The translations under genes and the position numbers were made by a program. This document shows positions 1 through 13,100 of a DNA stretch of 64,000 bases, one piece after another; position 1 is the first letter of the stretch; each line of letters begins with the position of its first letter. Origin of the DNA: Hypanus sabinus (Eukaryota); NCBI RefSeq assembly GCF_030144855.1, contig NC_082710.1, positions 150,164,001 to 150,228,000 of the forward strand. The letters run 5' to 3'. The notes under the pieces are model-generated. The model did no database searches, was not told the DNA's origin, and saw nothing but the letters and a program-made list of their open reading frames with translations.

Positions 1-3000
1 GAGCACATGAGCCACCGAGGCAGTGAGGACTACCCAATGGGATGAGCCTAGATGAGTAGCTGATGGTCAACATCCATCCTGTGGGCCGCTTACTGAGGAT
101 GTGACCGACCATGCTAAGGCAGCAGGACTGGAGAAGGTTGTTCTTGAACTGCTGACATGGCAGTCAGGGAGAGGGAGATTCCATACTTGTTTATTTTTAA
201 CCTATTTTCTCGTCGACCCTCCTCCCTTTGGCTTACTTAAAACACACCAATGGGTAGTTCACAGAGCCCAAATAATTTACTTGTCTGCAGGTTTGGGAAT
301 ATTGGAAGAAGCCGGAGAACTCGGGAAACCCAGATGGTCACAGGGAGAAGAGCACACTTTGCACTCGCATGGTATCTGAGATGGGCATCGGACCGGGATT
401 GCTGGAGCTGGGAGTGTGTGGTTTGCCCGCTTCACTGCCCTGCACGTTGCTCACTGCTGATCAGGATTAGCTGGCAGACTTTGCCAGTGCTGAACAACAG
501 CCTGAAGTCGAGGTTTGGGTTACTTGTAGGTAAAATCCAGGTGAGTGGAGATGGTGGACAGGCCAGGAGGTGAACAGAGACCCAGTCCTTTTAAGGGCAT
601 CACAGCTTGATGCTGCCCCTCCCCAGATTCATTCCTGAAGACTCCTGTCACCCGGCAACATGGAAAGCACTGGGCTTCTCCGTTCTCAAGATCTCACACT
701 CCGTACACCTTGATTCTAAACTGTACCCGTGTATGAGGCCAGTGCTGGTGATTGCCCACTTGCCAGGTGTTAATGGTTGGGAGGGGGAGACTTGGTTTGA
801 GTTGGCTGAGGATGGAAGAGAGAGTTTGTATTGGGGAAGGAGCTGCTGTCCATTAGCTTGTTCTTCCATGGATTTGGGAAGATTTTGTAGAAATGGCATT
901 AGTAGCATCTTGTGTGCCTTGAGCTGCAAGGTGGTCTTGGTCTCGATGCAGTGGAGCCTGCTGTCCATCTGAGCAGCTGGCCATTCTCTTGGTTGTGTCT
1001 GATACTGCCAAACTCAACCAGGGTCAAGGGTCATCTTCATCCACCATACACATGTACATGTATTAGGAATTTGTTGTTTTTGTTGCATGTCACACCATGA
1101 CCAACAATATTCCACAATTATAAAGAATTATATAAAAAAATAAAGTTGAAGAATGGATACTGAATAAAATGTGCATGAATATATAAATACCAGCATGTAT
1201 TTACAATATAAACAGGTGTCGGGTGATGAGTATTTGCCTGACAGAAGAAGAATATGTTGTCACAGATCCAAGAAAACGCTGCTTTTGAAGATGCAAGTGA
1301 TGAAAATTAACAGCAAACTACCCTTGGCTCTGCCTTTCAAGACAAATTCAGTTTATTTTCAGTGAATCATTGGATACAATCACTGGAGGAACGGTCTGAG
1401 CTGAACAGACATTGAACTCTGTCCTCGGAGGTCCGTGTCCTGGTACTGAAATCTGTCTAACTCTCTGGAACCAGCCGAGATTTCCCACAGAACCAGTGGG
1501 GGATGGGATAAGGAGGGCACAGTGAACAAAAGGCTGGAGGAGCAGGGAGGACCTGCTCACATATTGTAGGAGCAGTTGTAACCAGAGGTTGTGCAAACTG
1601 GTAATGGGGAGAACAATATAGCAGTTCTGCTGCTTGGTGAACAGTTAATAAGAATCGTAAACTATTATGATTCAACAGTCCTTCCACGCGAGGCCACACT
1701 TGTGCAAATCTGTTTGGGTCGTTGTTGTATATACTAGTCTTGATGTGGCCTCCTCTACATCAGTGAGATGTGTCATAAGTTTGGGGACTGCTTTGTTGAG
1801 CACATCTGCTCCATCTGATAAAAGCAGGATTTCCCAGTGGCCAAACATTTTAGTTCCCATCTCCATTCCCATCTCCATTCCCATATGCTATGTCAGTCCA
1901 TGGCATCCTCCTTCCCTCTTGCCTCTTCTTATCTGCCTTTCACCTCCCCAAGTGCCCCACCCCTTTCCTTTCTCCCCTGATCTACCCTCCTCTCCCATCA
2001 GATTCCTGCCCACCAGCTCTTTGTCTTTCCCACCAACTTGGCTTCACCTATCACCTAGCTATTCTCCTTCCCCCTTCCATTTTTTTAATTCTAGTATCTT
2101 TCCTTTCCCTTCCTTTCCAGTCTTGAAGAAGGATCTTGGCCCAAAATGTTAACTGTTTATTCGTTTCTATAGATGCTGCCTGACCTGCTAAGTACCTCCA
2201 GAACTTTGTGTGTTGCATAAACTATTCTATTATAAAAGAAATGTTTGCCTAGTGGATCAGTTATTTGGCTATTTGGAAAACTGGTAACTAAGAGAATCAG
2301 AGTCCAAGTTTTTAGTTTTTCTGGGATGGGATGGGAGGGGAAGAGTGTATTCCTTACACAGTGAGTCAGTGCGCTCTAGAAAGGTGCAGGGTTTTCAGTC
2401 ACGTCCTGAATGATGCTGGAAATCTGCATCAAATGGACAGACATCATGGGCAGATGGAGAGATGTCAGCCAGCTTCGAGGGAGGGAAACGTTACCATCAG
2501 GAAGGAAGTACAGAAGCCTGAAAGCAGATACTCAGTGATTCAGGAACAGTTTCTTCCCCTCTGCCATCTGATTTTCAAATGGACATTGAACCCACCTTAA
2601 CTCAACTATTTAATAGACCTAATGTAACTCAGTTTTTATTGTGCTCTATATTTATCAGATATCAGATATTTCATTATACTGCTGCCATAAAGTTAACAAA
2701 TTCCATGACACATGCCGATGATATTAAACCTGATTCTGATAATCTGGCATATTTTCCTGGATTAGTAGATGATTTGAAAAACCCCAACACAGTTTTCTGC
2801 CTGTTACACATTGGGACAGCAAACTTCCAGTGAACCTAGTATGTTTGAAGGAAGCAGGAAGCGTATAAACAGTCCAAACCATGTCTCTGGCTGTAAATGC
2901 ACCCGTATTGCCAACCTCAGTCCAGCCTCTGGACAGCCCAATTTACAGTCTGGACCCCAGCTCACTCTCTGAATGAATGACTAAGCTAGTTGCCCAACCA

Positions 3001-3618
3001 ACAAGGTTTCTGAACAATGTTGATGTGACTTGTCACCTCTTTTGACCAGCAGGTCAGGACTGGCTGTGCAAGTTACCCTGAGGTTGTCCAAGCAGTGATG
3101 TCTGAGGAGGGTTGTCAAGGTGTTCCTAGCTGACACTGACTACTCTGGTCCTTAAAAACACCCTCCTTTCTTGGTTATCCACCTGGTGGGACTGTGCTTG
3201 AGTTGGTGATGGAGAACCTGTACAGACTGTGATTATAAGCCACTCACTGTGTTTTCCCACACTCTCCATCCACTGTCCCTTTGGTTGTTGACTTTCCAGC
3301 CCTCAGGTGCACTGTGAGCTGTTTCTCTTCCCTTGGGCTTCAAGTCCAGGAGCACTTTCTGGTTCAGGGAGGAGAGTTGTGTTTATTAACTCCTGAATGT
3401 CCTTGTGCTTCTCATGAAACTGGGTCCAGGTTCTCACAGGAGAAAACAAGGGTCTCTCTCCCCCCCCCCCCACCCCGGTGTGATATGAAGGGAGGATGTG
3501 ATACAGTCACTCTGGAGAGTATTGCCTCCTGTCGCCGAGTCTCATACTGGATTGGTCACTGGAGTCAAAGTGGGCCCCCCCTCCCCCCACACCAAGGGGC
3601 AGCAGTCCTGAGCTGCGG

Positions 3619-4145
3619 TCAGATGTCTCTGTCACTACCGGTGTTGCCGTGAGCCTGTGCCGTGGGGGAATGGGTGCAGAAGATGGGGTGGAGCCTTTTG
3701 GTGGAGTCAACTGCCACCGTGCAGAGGTGCAGCTGCCTGCGAGCATCGAAGAAGGAGAGGTACCCTCGCAGGTGGTTCAGGTGGAGCCCCACCACTGCAG
3801 GCTCATCGTCCAGCACCAGGGTCCGCCCTGGAGAGCCCGTCACCCAGTACACCGTCTCGTTGAGCCGCGACAGGGTCCATACCCAGGTTGATCCCTCTCC
3901 CCAGGCCTCGTCATCGTCCCTCTGTCCCAGCAGGCCCAGGTGCCATTCCTGGCTCCTACCCACCTCCACCTCCCAGTAGGCCCGGTCTGAGGAAATGGCA
4001 TGGGAGGAGAGGGCACAGGGGCTGAGTTGCAGGCTGTAAAGTAGTCCAGGGTCCAGCGGTGGTAGGGAGCCCACTGCCATGCTGGTCAGGTGACCTGAGA
4101 GGCCAAGCTGTAGATCGGCTGAGTCCGTGTCCAGTCTGAGGGTAA
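3619..4145 (-). CDS. BTN-like terminal exon, B30.2 (PRY/SPRY) domain
   Basis: Acceptor ccctttcag|TT. Translates VTLRLDTDSADLQL...PCALSS..RAYWEVEVG..WHLG..VVGLHLNHLRGYLSFFDA..HL..LHPIFC, with stop at 3619. Confidence 0.92.
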
Positions 4146-7100
4146 CTGAAAGGGAAATGGCAAGGTAACACCATTATAACACAGCGACAGATATGGAATA
4201 GTCATTGGTCACACCTTTCCCCTAAACACTAATTAAGAGTATGCTCACCCTTGGCCCATCAACACTGACCTTTGCTCTCAACCAACAGACCTCAAGCCAT
4301 CCACTGCCCCCTCACTCTGTGGAGCTGAGCATCATCTAGTGAGTTCCCAGGGCTGATGCAAAGATGCTGCCATGGCTACTATATATGTGCCCTCTTTTGA
4401 GGGTATTCTCAGGAACCAAAATGGGAAGGCACTGGGCCAGAAAACATTACTCAGCCAGTGAATGGGGTTTCTGTCACATCACAACCCACCCATGCCTCAG
4501 CTCTAGGTGTCCAGTGGAGGCATGGAATTCATTGGGGATCTCTCTCTCGCCAACTGTTAACCAGCATTCTTGCCTCTGTTCCTTGAGTCCCACCGTGAGC
4601 TGGATTAAATTACCACTGCTCCATCCACTTCACTCACCTGAGAAACTGTGGATGAGTCTCCATTCTATGAAACAAGACGAAACCAGGGTCAGTTCTGGCT
4701 GATCAAAGAACCAAAGCTTTAAGTACTTGCTTATCATAATGTGAGATGTCTTACCGGTTTTGCCAACGTAGAACTGAGTGTGTGGAAGCAGTTCTGAAAA
4801 AAATCAATAAAACAGTCACAAATTTTCAGCTTTGAGCACATCACGTTTTGCTCTCATTTCCTATTGTAGCAGCCAGTAAGAGCGACTCAGTCCGGTCATA
4901 GCAGAATTAGTATTTGTCATGTCATATTAAATGTTGGGATGAGAATTATAGCTGCTGTTACAAACCTCTGCCCCAGAAGTTCCTGTTGGGTCAGTGTAGA
5001 GGAAGCTTCACCCTGCGTCTGACCTTTGGAGTGTGTGGTCAGGAGCTTCACTCTGATCAAGGGAGTGCGTGATGGGATGGTTTGGAGTCAGTTTCCCTCT
5101 GTGTCTGATCCCAGGAGGGTGTGCTGGGGCAGGGTAGAGGGGATTCACTGTGTTTCTTACCCCATCCGTGTATGATCAGACAATGTTGGGAGCTTCATTC
5201 CATTTCTGACTCTGGGAATGTGAGGTGTGACAGTGTGGAGGGAACATCTCTATGTCTGTCCTGTGATGTACCTGCCTGGCCTCAATAATTAAACTGGATG
5301 CCGGAGTGGGAAATGTATTCCAATTCTTGATCTCATTAAACTGGTCATTTACATTTAAGCACACTTTGTAAAATACATTTGCAAGTTCAAGTAACTCACC
5401 TCTGGTGCATGCAGTTGACACCTTCTTGATGTTATTCACCCTGTTGTGGATGATGCAAGTGACAGAGGGTGGGACCACCTGGGCTGTCCAGTGCTGGATC
5501 TCCAACCTGTACAGGCCTTCCTCTCCTGTTGTCTTGGTTACCTTCGACAGTGGCAACAGGTTCTTCCCCTCACTGTTCTTCCAGATGAGGGCGGGTTCGG
5601 GGAACCAGCCTTCTGTCCGGCATGTGTACAGGAAGGAGGTCTCGTTGAACTGCTCTGCGGATAAGGTGGGCTTCGTCCCAAGGGCTGAAACGGAATGGGA
5701 CCATTGGTCAGTTTGGAGGAAGTTGCATAGACGTTGCACCCCCCCCTGGACATCCGAAAGCAATGAGGCACTGTTAGAGAGTGGACACTCATCACATCAC
5801 AGTAAGGCAGTCTACACATGCACAAATCCCACAAATGAGGAGCTGATTACTTTTGTTTGAGGGGATTATTAATAAAACTGCTGAGGTATCTTCAATATGA
5901 ATCCCTCAAACAGGCCGTTTTGGATCTCAGGTCAATATATCATCCAAGTGACAGCACCTCCGATACACTGGCACTCCCTCAGGACAGTAAAGTTCGGATA
6001 AATCACCACACCCCAGTTCCTGTAATCTCCCTCCAGGACTCTGACTCCTGTGAGTTATTGAAGTTTTACTGTACTGCAGGAGTCCTGGAGCCTCTGTATG
6101 GTGAAAATTGACTCTCACTTTTTGTTTGAGGGATTATCTGTTTATTGTGGGATCTTATTGTGCACACAAAGACTACCCTCCTGGGATCTTACTGTGCACA
6201 CAAAGACTACCCTCCTGGGTCATTAGTGACCACACCTCAACAGTGCTTCATTGCTTTGGGATGCCCGGATTCTCCCTTTAGAACTAACCCACTTCAATGG
6301 GAGATTCATTTTGCTCCTTTGCGACATCTAACGCATGAATTAAAAGCTTTCCAGGAGTTTTAAGCGATACGGTATTCATTAATTCTGAGTATTTCCCACT
6401 CCAGCACAAAGTCTTGAGTGCGCAGGATTATCAGAGTTCTACTGGAATGAGGATTTCTGCTCAGGCTCGTATTGAAGGATTCAATCCTTGTTCTGAGGGG
6501 AGCTCTCCATTCCTTGTTGTCACTGGTCCCTGGAACATACAGCACCCTCCCCCCACCCCCACTCCCATTCATGGCCAGCACCATCTGGGGTCCCAGTTCA
6601 ATTGGACCTTTACCTCCACCAAGCAAGATGGTGCCACCTCCACACGGCTAGTGTCCATGGACACCCAAGATGGGGAACAGACTCATTACTCCAATGCCAG
6701 TCTGACAGGGTGCAAACCCTCTAGGTCTTTGCCCCAGTGAAGCCTGGATGGATGGACACCATTTAGGTTGACGTCTCTACGCATACTGTATGCAAGATGT
6801 TAGTGGGACCACACATGGAGTATTGTGTTCAGTTTTGGTCACACTGTTATAAGAAAGGCAACATCATTAAACTGGAAAAAAGTGCAGAGAAGATTTACAA
6901 GTGTGCTGCCTGAACTCAAGGGTATCTGTTATAGGGAGAGGTTGGGAAGGTTGGGAAATTTTTCCTTGGAGTGCAGGAGTCTGAAAGATGACCTTACAGT
7001 GATGTATATAATCATGAGGAATACACAGTCTTTTCCCAGAGAAGAGAACAGATTCAGAGAGGATCTGAGGGTCAACTTCTTCATGCGGAGGCTGGAATGT

Positions 7101-10100
7101 ATATGAAATTACTAGTGTTTGACGCAGGTACAAACACATTTAAGTACATTTGGCTAAGCACATCGATAGGGCAAATGGGACTAGCTTGGGGAGCACCATG
7201 GTTGGGATGGACAAGTTGGGTCAAAGGGTCTGGTCCCAGGCTGTTTGACCCTAACATTGAGAAATGGAGGAAAGCAAGAGTCTCCAGAGAGTAGCAGAGA
7301 CACCATTTCCATTGTGGGTACAGCTCTCCTCATTGCCTTTGTATTAGTGTGGAAGGGTCAGTGTATATGGAAGGCTGAATCACCTCTTCCAGGGGACACT
7401 CTCTACACCTTGCAGTGCGATCTGCAGTTGGGATTACTGGAGAAGGTGTAGTACTGTCCACTCCCCCAGGATGCTAGGCCTGAGCCTATGATGTGGTGGG
7501 ACCTGGCCCCGTCCCAAAAGTAACTGACCGCCATCATACCCACAACATTTAGATCCATCCGCACGTAGCTGGAGTGGGCCCCAGAGAAGACGGTGCACTG
7601 GTACATCCCTGCGTCGGAGGCCTGGACCCCCTCTAGCCTGATCGACACATTCCCATCCTCCAGCTGGTCACCAAGGAGGTGTGTCCCATTCCGGGAGGAC
7701 TGGCAAGGCCCCCCCTGATCATCGCAGGTCAGGACCACAGCTTGAGACCTCAGGTTCCTCCACTCAACCCCCAGCCCCCTGCCCTGGGGGCAGAACATCA
7801 CCGAACAGTTCAGTACAGCGCCTTCGCCCACCAGGGCCACGATGGGATGGTCCAGCCCCTTCACCCGAAACAACTCTAGGATGAAAGAAGAGAGCGTGAG
7901 AGGGGGCCATCCACCAAATTCAAATTCCTGAGGGCTCGGGAGGGCAAGCAATGTCTGCCAGTGCAGAACACGAACCCACCGAGAAAGGAGTCAATAGTCA
8001 GTCTATCACACAAACCGGCCTCCTCTTCGTGGACTCTGTCTCAGCACAGCAGCCAGCTCTTCCAGTCTTTGCCTCTTCTTCCCTCGTCCATCAGAAAGAA
8101 GACACAGAAGCCTGAAAGTACACTTTCACCAGACTCAGAGACAGCTTCTACACTATCGAGCAGTCCTAAGGTGGACTTGTGACCTCGCAGTCCACCATGC
8201 CATGGTCCTTGCACCTTACTGTCTGTCTGTACTGCACTCTCTCTATAACTGTGGCACTCTATTCTGCACGCTTTCTTTTGTTACTACCTTGATGTTTTTT
8301 TCTCTGGGATGACCTGTCTGGATGGTGTGTGAGCAGAAACTTGCCACATGGAGTCGTAGAACACTACATCACAAGAGGAGGCCCTGTCACCCATCTGGGC
8401 CATGCCAAACTAATCCCATTGCCCTGCCCCAGGACCGTAGCCCACCCAACCATGTACAAACCCCATTTCCAGAAGCGTTGGGACATTTTCCAAAAATACA
8501 ATAAAAACAAAAATCTGTGATATGTTAATTCACGTGAACCTTTATTTAACAGACAAAAGTACAAAGAAAAGATTTTCAATAGTTTTACTGACCAACTTAA
8601 TTGTATTTTGTAAATATAGACAAATTTAGAATTTGATGGCTGCAACACACTCAACAAAAATTGGGACAGAGGCATGTTTACCATTGTGTTACATCACCTT
8701 TCCTTTTAATAACACTTCTTAATAATTTTGGAACTGAGGATACTAATTATAGTAGATTTGCAATTGGAAATTTTGTCCATTTTTGCTTGGTATAAGACTT
8801 CAGCTGCTCAACAGTCCGTGGTCTCCGTTGTCTGATTCTCCTCTTCATGATGCGCCACACATTTTCAATAGGAGATAGATCTGGACTGTCAGCAGGCCAG
8901 TCAAGGACATGCACTCTGTGTCTACAAAGCTACGCTGTAGTAGCTCGTGCAGAATGTGGTCTGGCATTGTCCTGCTGAAATAAGCATGGGCGTCCCGGGA
9001 AGAGACGTCGCCCTGATGGCAACATATGTCTCTCTAAAATCCTAATATACACCTCAGAGTCAATGGTACCTTCACATACATGCAAGTCACCCATGCCGAG
9101 GGCACTGAAGCACTCCCATGCCATCACAGATGCTGGCTTTTGTACCTTTCGCTGATAACAATCAGGATGGTCGTTTTCATCTTTGGCACGGAGAACTCGA
9201 CGCCCGTTTTTTCCAAAAACTAGCTGAAATGTGGACTCATCTGACCACAGCACACAGTTCCACAGTCTTTCGGTCCATCTGAGAATGAGCTCGGGCCCAG
9301 AGAACTCGCCGGCATTTCTGCATAGAGTTGATGTATGGCTTCCTCCTTGCATAATACAGTTTCAAGTTGCATTTCTGGATGCAGCGACGGACTGTGTTAA
9401 GTGACAATGGTTTTCCGAAGTACTCCCGAGCCCAGGTGGCTATAAACATCACAGTAGCATGACGGTTTCTTAGGCAGTGCCGCCTGAGGGCTCGAAGATC
9501 ACGCACATTCAACAGTTGTTTCCGACCTTGCCCTTTACCGCACTGAGATGTCTCTGAATTCTCTGAATCTTTTCACAATATTATGTACGGTAGATGTTGA
9601 AAGACCTAAATTCTCTGCAATCTTGCATTGGGAAATGTTCCTTTTGAACTGACTAACAATTCTCTCATGAATTTTGGCACAAAGGGGTGAGCCACGACCC
9701 ATCCTTGCTTGCAAAGACTGAGCCTTTGATGGACACTACTTTTATACCCAGTCACGATACCTCACCTGCTACCAATTAGCCTGCTTAACGTGGAGTCTTC
9801 CAAACCAGTGTTACTTGAATATTCTGTGCACTTTTTAATCTTATTTTAACTCTGTCCCAACTTTTGTTGAGTGTGTTGCAGCCATCAAATTCTAAATTTG
9901 TGTATATTTACAAAATACAATTAAGTTGGTCAGTAAAACTATTGAAAATCTTTTCTTTGTACTTTTGTCAGTTAAATAAAGGTTCACGTGAATTAACATA
10001 TAAGAGATTTTTGTTTTTATTGCATTTCGGAAAATATCCCAACTTTTCTGGAAATAGGGATTATACTTAACAAAACATTATCTTAAGTGTTGAATGTGAA

Positions 10101-13100
10101 CCCACATCCACCACTTCGACTGGCAACTCGTTCCACTTCTCACCACCCTCTGAGCGAAGAATATCCTGTTATGTACCCCGTAACTGGGTCACTTACCAGC
10201 AAAGGTAGAGAGGTCTGTTGAAGTCTGATGGTACTATTTTCAACAGTATTTATTGGTAAAAATACACAAAAATAATATCAATGCAAACATACAGATAATA
10301 CACGTCGTCAATACTAAATCTAAAAGTGCGGGTATAATAATAATCAATAAGAAATAAGCTCTATCGTTGTCTAGGGGATAACGTATTGTCCGATGGAAAT
10401 ATAAAAATCATTTAGTTCTTTCAGGCTGCAGCTTTTTGGTTGGAGGGAGACAGATTTTAGAAACTTGCCAGCTTTTCCTTTTTATGATGCCGATCCTTCG
10501 AAATGTCGTTGGTGGTGATCTCTTCTTTAGCTAAGCCGACTTCCGTGGTAAGGCCTCAATCCCGGGCAACGGGAAAGGACACACGTGGGCCTTCCACCGG
10601 CTGACGCTATTAAACGCTGTCACGGGATTTCTAGCGTTTCTCCTGGTGCGTCTGAAGGGGTTGTTCCCCAGACCCTCTTTTATCTTTACTCAGATGTCAA
10701 TCAGGTTGGGATGATGCCATCCCTCAACCAGCCCCCTCTGATCATCCCCTGAGGGGCTTCAATGAATAGTACAGTACTCAGTACACAATTCCGTCTCCAA
10801 GAGACAATGGCCGGTATCCGTGGCTTTGTCTCGCTGGGGGCAGGACACACATTACAAACCCTTGAGGATTCTCTCTCATTTCCTGGGTCCCCAGACCTGA
10901 ATTAATAGCGATCTTGCGATTCTCAAAAAGGAGGGGGCTACTTTGTACCCTTCGGCCCCTCAGAGTTGTGGCACAGTCGTAACAATCCCTTTCAGGGTCA
11001 CCTCAGATATTTCACCTTTCACCCTTACCATATGACCCCTAGTTCTAGTCTCGCCCAGTCTCAGTGGAAACCCTCATAGCAAGTGACAATAATAAACAAA
11101 TTACAAAGTCCGTCTCTCTTTGTGATGTTTGAGCAGTGAACAGTTCTGGACCAAATCCCTGCTGCTGTTTATTGGTTTTGGAATTAGTTTATTAGTTTAT
11201 TGTTGTCACTTGCACTGAAGTACAGAGATAAGCTTGTCCTGCATAGCTTCATACAGATCAGTTCATTACACGGCACATTGAGGTAGAACAAGGGAAGGCA
11301 ATAACAACACAGAATAAACGTAACACGAGTGAATCTGCAGATGCTGGAAATAAATAAAAACACAAAATGCTGGCAGAACTCAGCAGGCCAGACAGCATCT
11401 ATGGGAGGAGGAGACCTGACGAAGGGTTTCGGCCCGAAACGTCGTCACTACCTCCTCCCATAGATGCTGTCTGGCCTGCTGAGTTCTGACAGCTTTTTGT
11501 GTTTTTACAGAATAAATGTAATGGCTACAGTGAAAGTACAGAGTAGGGAAACAGTACGGCCTTCTACATCTACCCCATCATCACCCTCAGCAAAACTACT
11601 GGTTGTATCCAGATATGAAACTCCCCCACTGATGTCCCACAGAGGGGCACATACTGTGAGGACAGTGGGGGAGTACCCAACACTTCTCTCTCCTGAGTAG
11701 GACCAATCACTACACCACTAATCTCCCCGATATGTTACAGGGTCACTGATCACTGTAACCCCGAGCTAGTTCTGGGAATGGTAGCTCCAGCCATTTGTCC
11801 ATAACACTATCAGGGCAGAATTAGGCTCCGCACCTCTGCCTTTACCTGATGCCGCTGTCTGATCCGTGTGGTGGAAGGTGAAGCCTTCGTGCTGGATGTT
11901 GGGGGTGAGCCATGACTCTGTGGAGCTGGGTATGCAGCAGTCCCTGATGTCCCTCCTGGTACTGCAACCTTTCTCGGAGATCTTCACTCTTAATTTTCAG
12001 AGACCGTACATTAGCCAGGAGGATGGTAAGAAGGGAATTGGGGTCTTAAGGCCCTGTGTTTCAGTTTTACCTGCAGTCCACTCCAGCAAGCTTGCTTTCT
12101 CAAATTCCCTGCATACCAGAGTAGGTCCCGTAATCTTTCTGCTACTACGTTAGCACGCTGGGTGTTCTGCAGTTGCGGGGACTCGAGAGGTCTCCACATT
12201 TTGGATCCACATCACATGTTCTGGGATTGCCCGACACTGTCTGAGATACATTACTCAAAGCCACAGAGAGAAGTGATGTTAACTGTAATGAACCATGATT
12301 TCACTGGTCATAACCTCAAGCTCAGAAGTTGGAGAGTGTGCAGACGAACTTGTGCAGACAGTGGAGGCTAAGTCAGCACAACTGCCTGTCATGATGAGTT
12401 TCTGGGCAACACTAACCCTCACTGTCTCCATCCCCACCTCCCATCCCATAATTCTAATCCAGCACATCCACCCGGGGGTTAGGACATAGAACATTACCAG
12501 AAAAGGCCCTTCAGCCCAAAATGTCTGTGCTGACCATTATGCCAACCCAGTTAATCCCACCTGCTTGCAAGTGATCCATATCCCTGACTTCCTGCTTGTT
12601 CTTAAGCCCGTCTAAATATCTCTTAAACATTATTGTCGTTCTGCTTCCACCTCCTCTCCTGGCAGTGCGTTCCACGTACCTACTGCCCTTTGTGTCAACA
12701 AATTGCCTCATTAATCTCTTTTAAACTTTCCCCCTTTTGCCTTAAAGTTCTGCCCTTTAGAATTTGCCCCTTTAACACTGGGACAAAGATTCTGGCTGTC
12801 TAGCCAATCCATGTCTCATTATAGTTTAAACGTATTTCAGGTCACCCCTCCGCGGCAGAAACAATTCTAATTTGTCCGACCTCTCCTCACAGCTCAGGCA
12901 GCATCCTGGTGGAGCTGTTCTGCACATCCATGCTGTAATGGAGTGACCACAACAGCATACAACACCCCGGATGTGGCCTGGAGCTGTAACATGACTTCCC
13001 GGCCGTGACATTGAAGACCCCGAATGATGAACGTTCCTGGGCCAAGGTCCCACCCCGTTGAGCGGGAGCTGCCCAAGTGCAGTGAGCTTCAGTGAACGGG

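Noticed and set aside
101-1100. Short ORFs at the window start as exons of another gene
   Set aside because: No domain similarity or coherent splice pattern; the apparent acceptor at ~290 lies in a SINE remnant.
4665-4754. 90-nt in-frame, stop-free intron as the hidden BTN transmembrane segment
   Set aside because: Retention adds GKTSHIMISKYLKLWFFDQPELTLVSSCFI, which is too polar and charged for a TM helix. The open frame is plausible by chance.
5176-5399. Read-through of the IgC ORF past the donor
   Set aside because: Strong donor at 5399; the extension is not hydrophobic and runs into a degenerate satellite-like repeat.
6148-6219. 34-bp tandem duplication
   Set aside because: Simple local slippage in an intronic repeat remnant; no sign of function.
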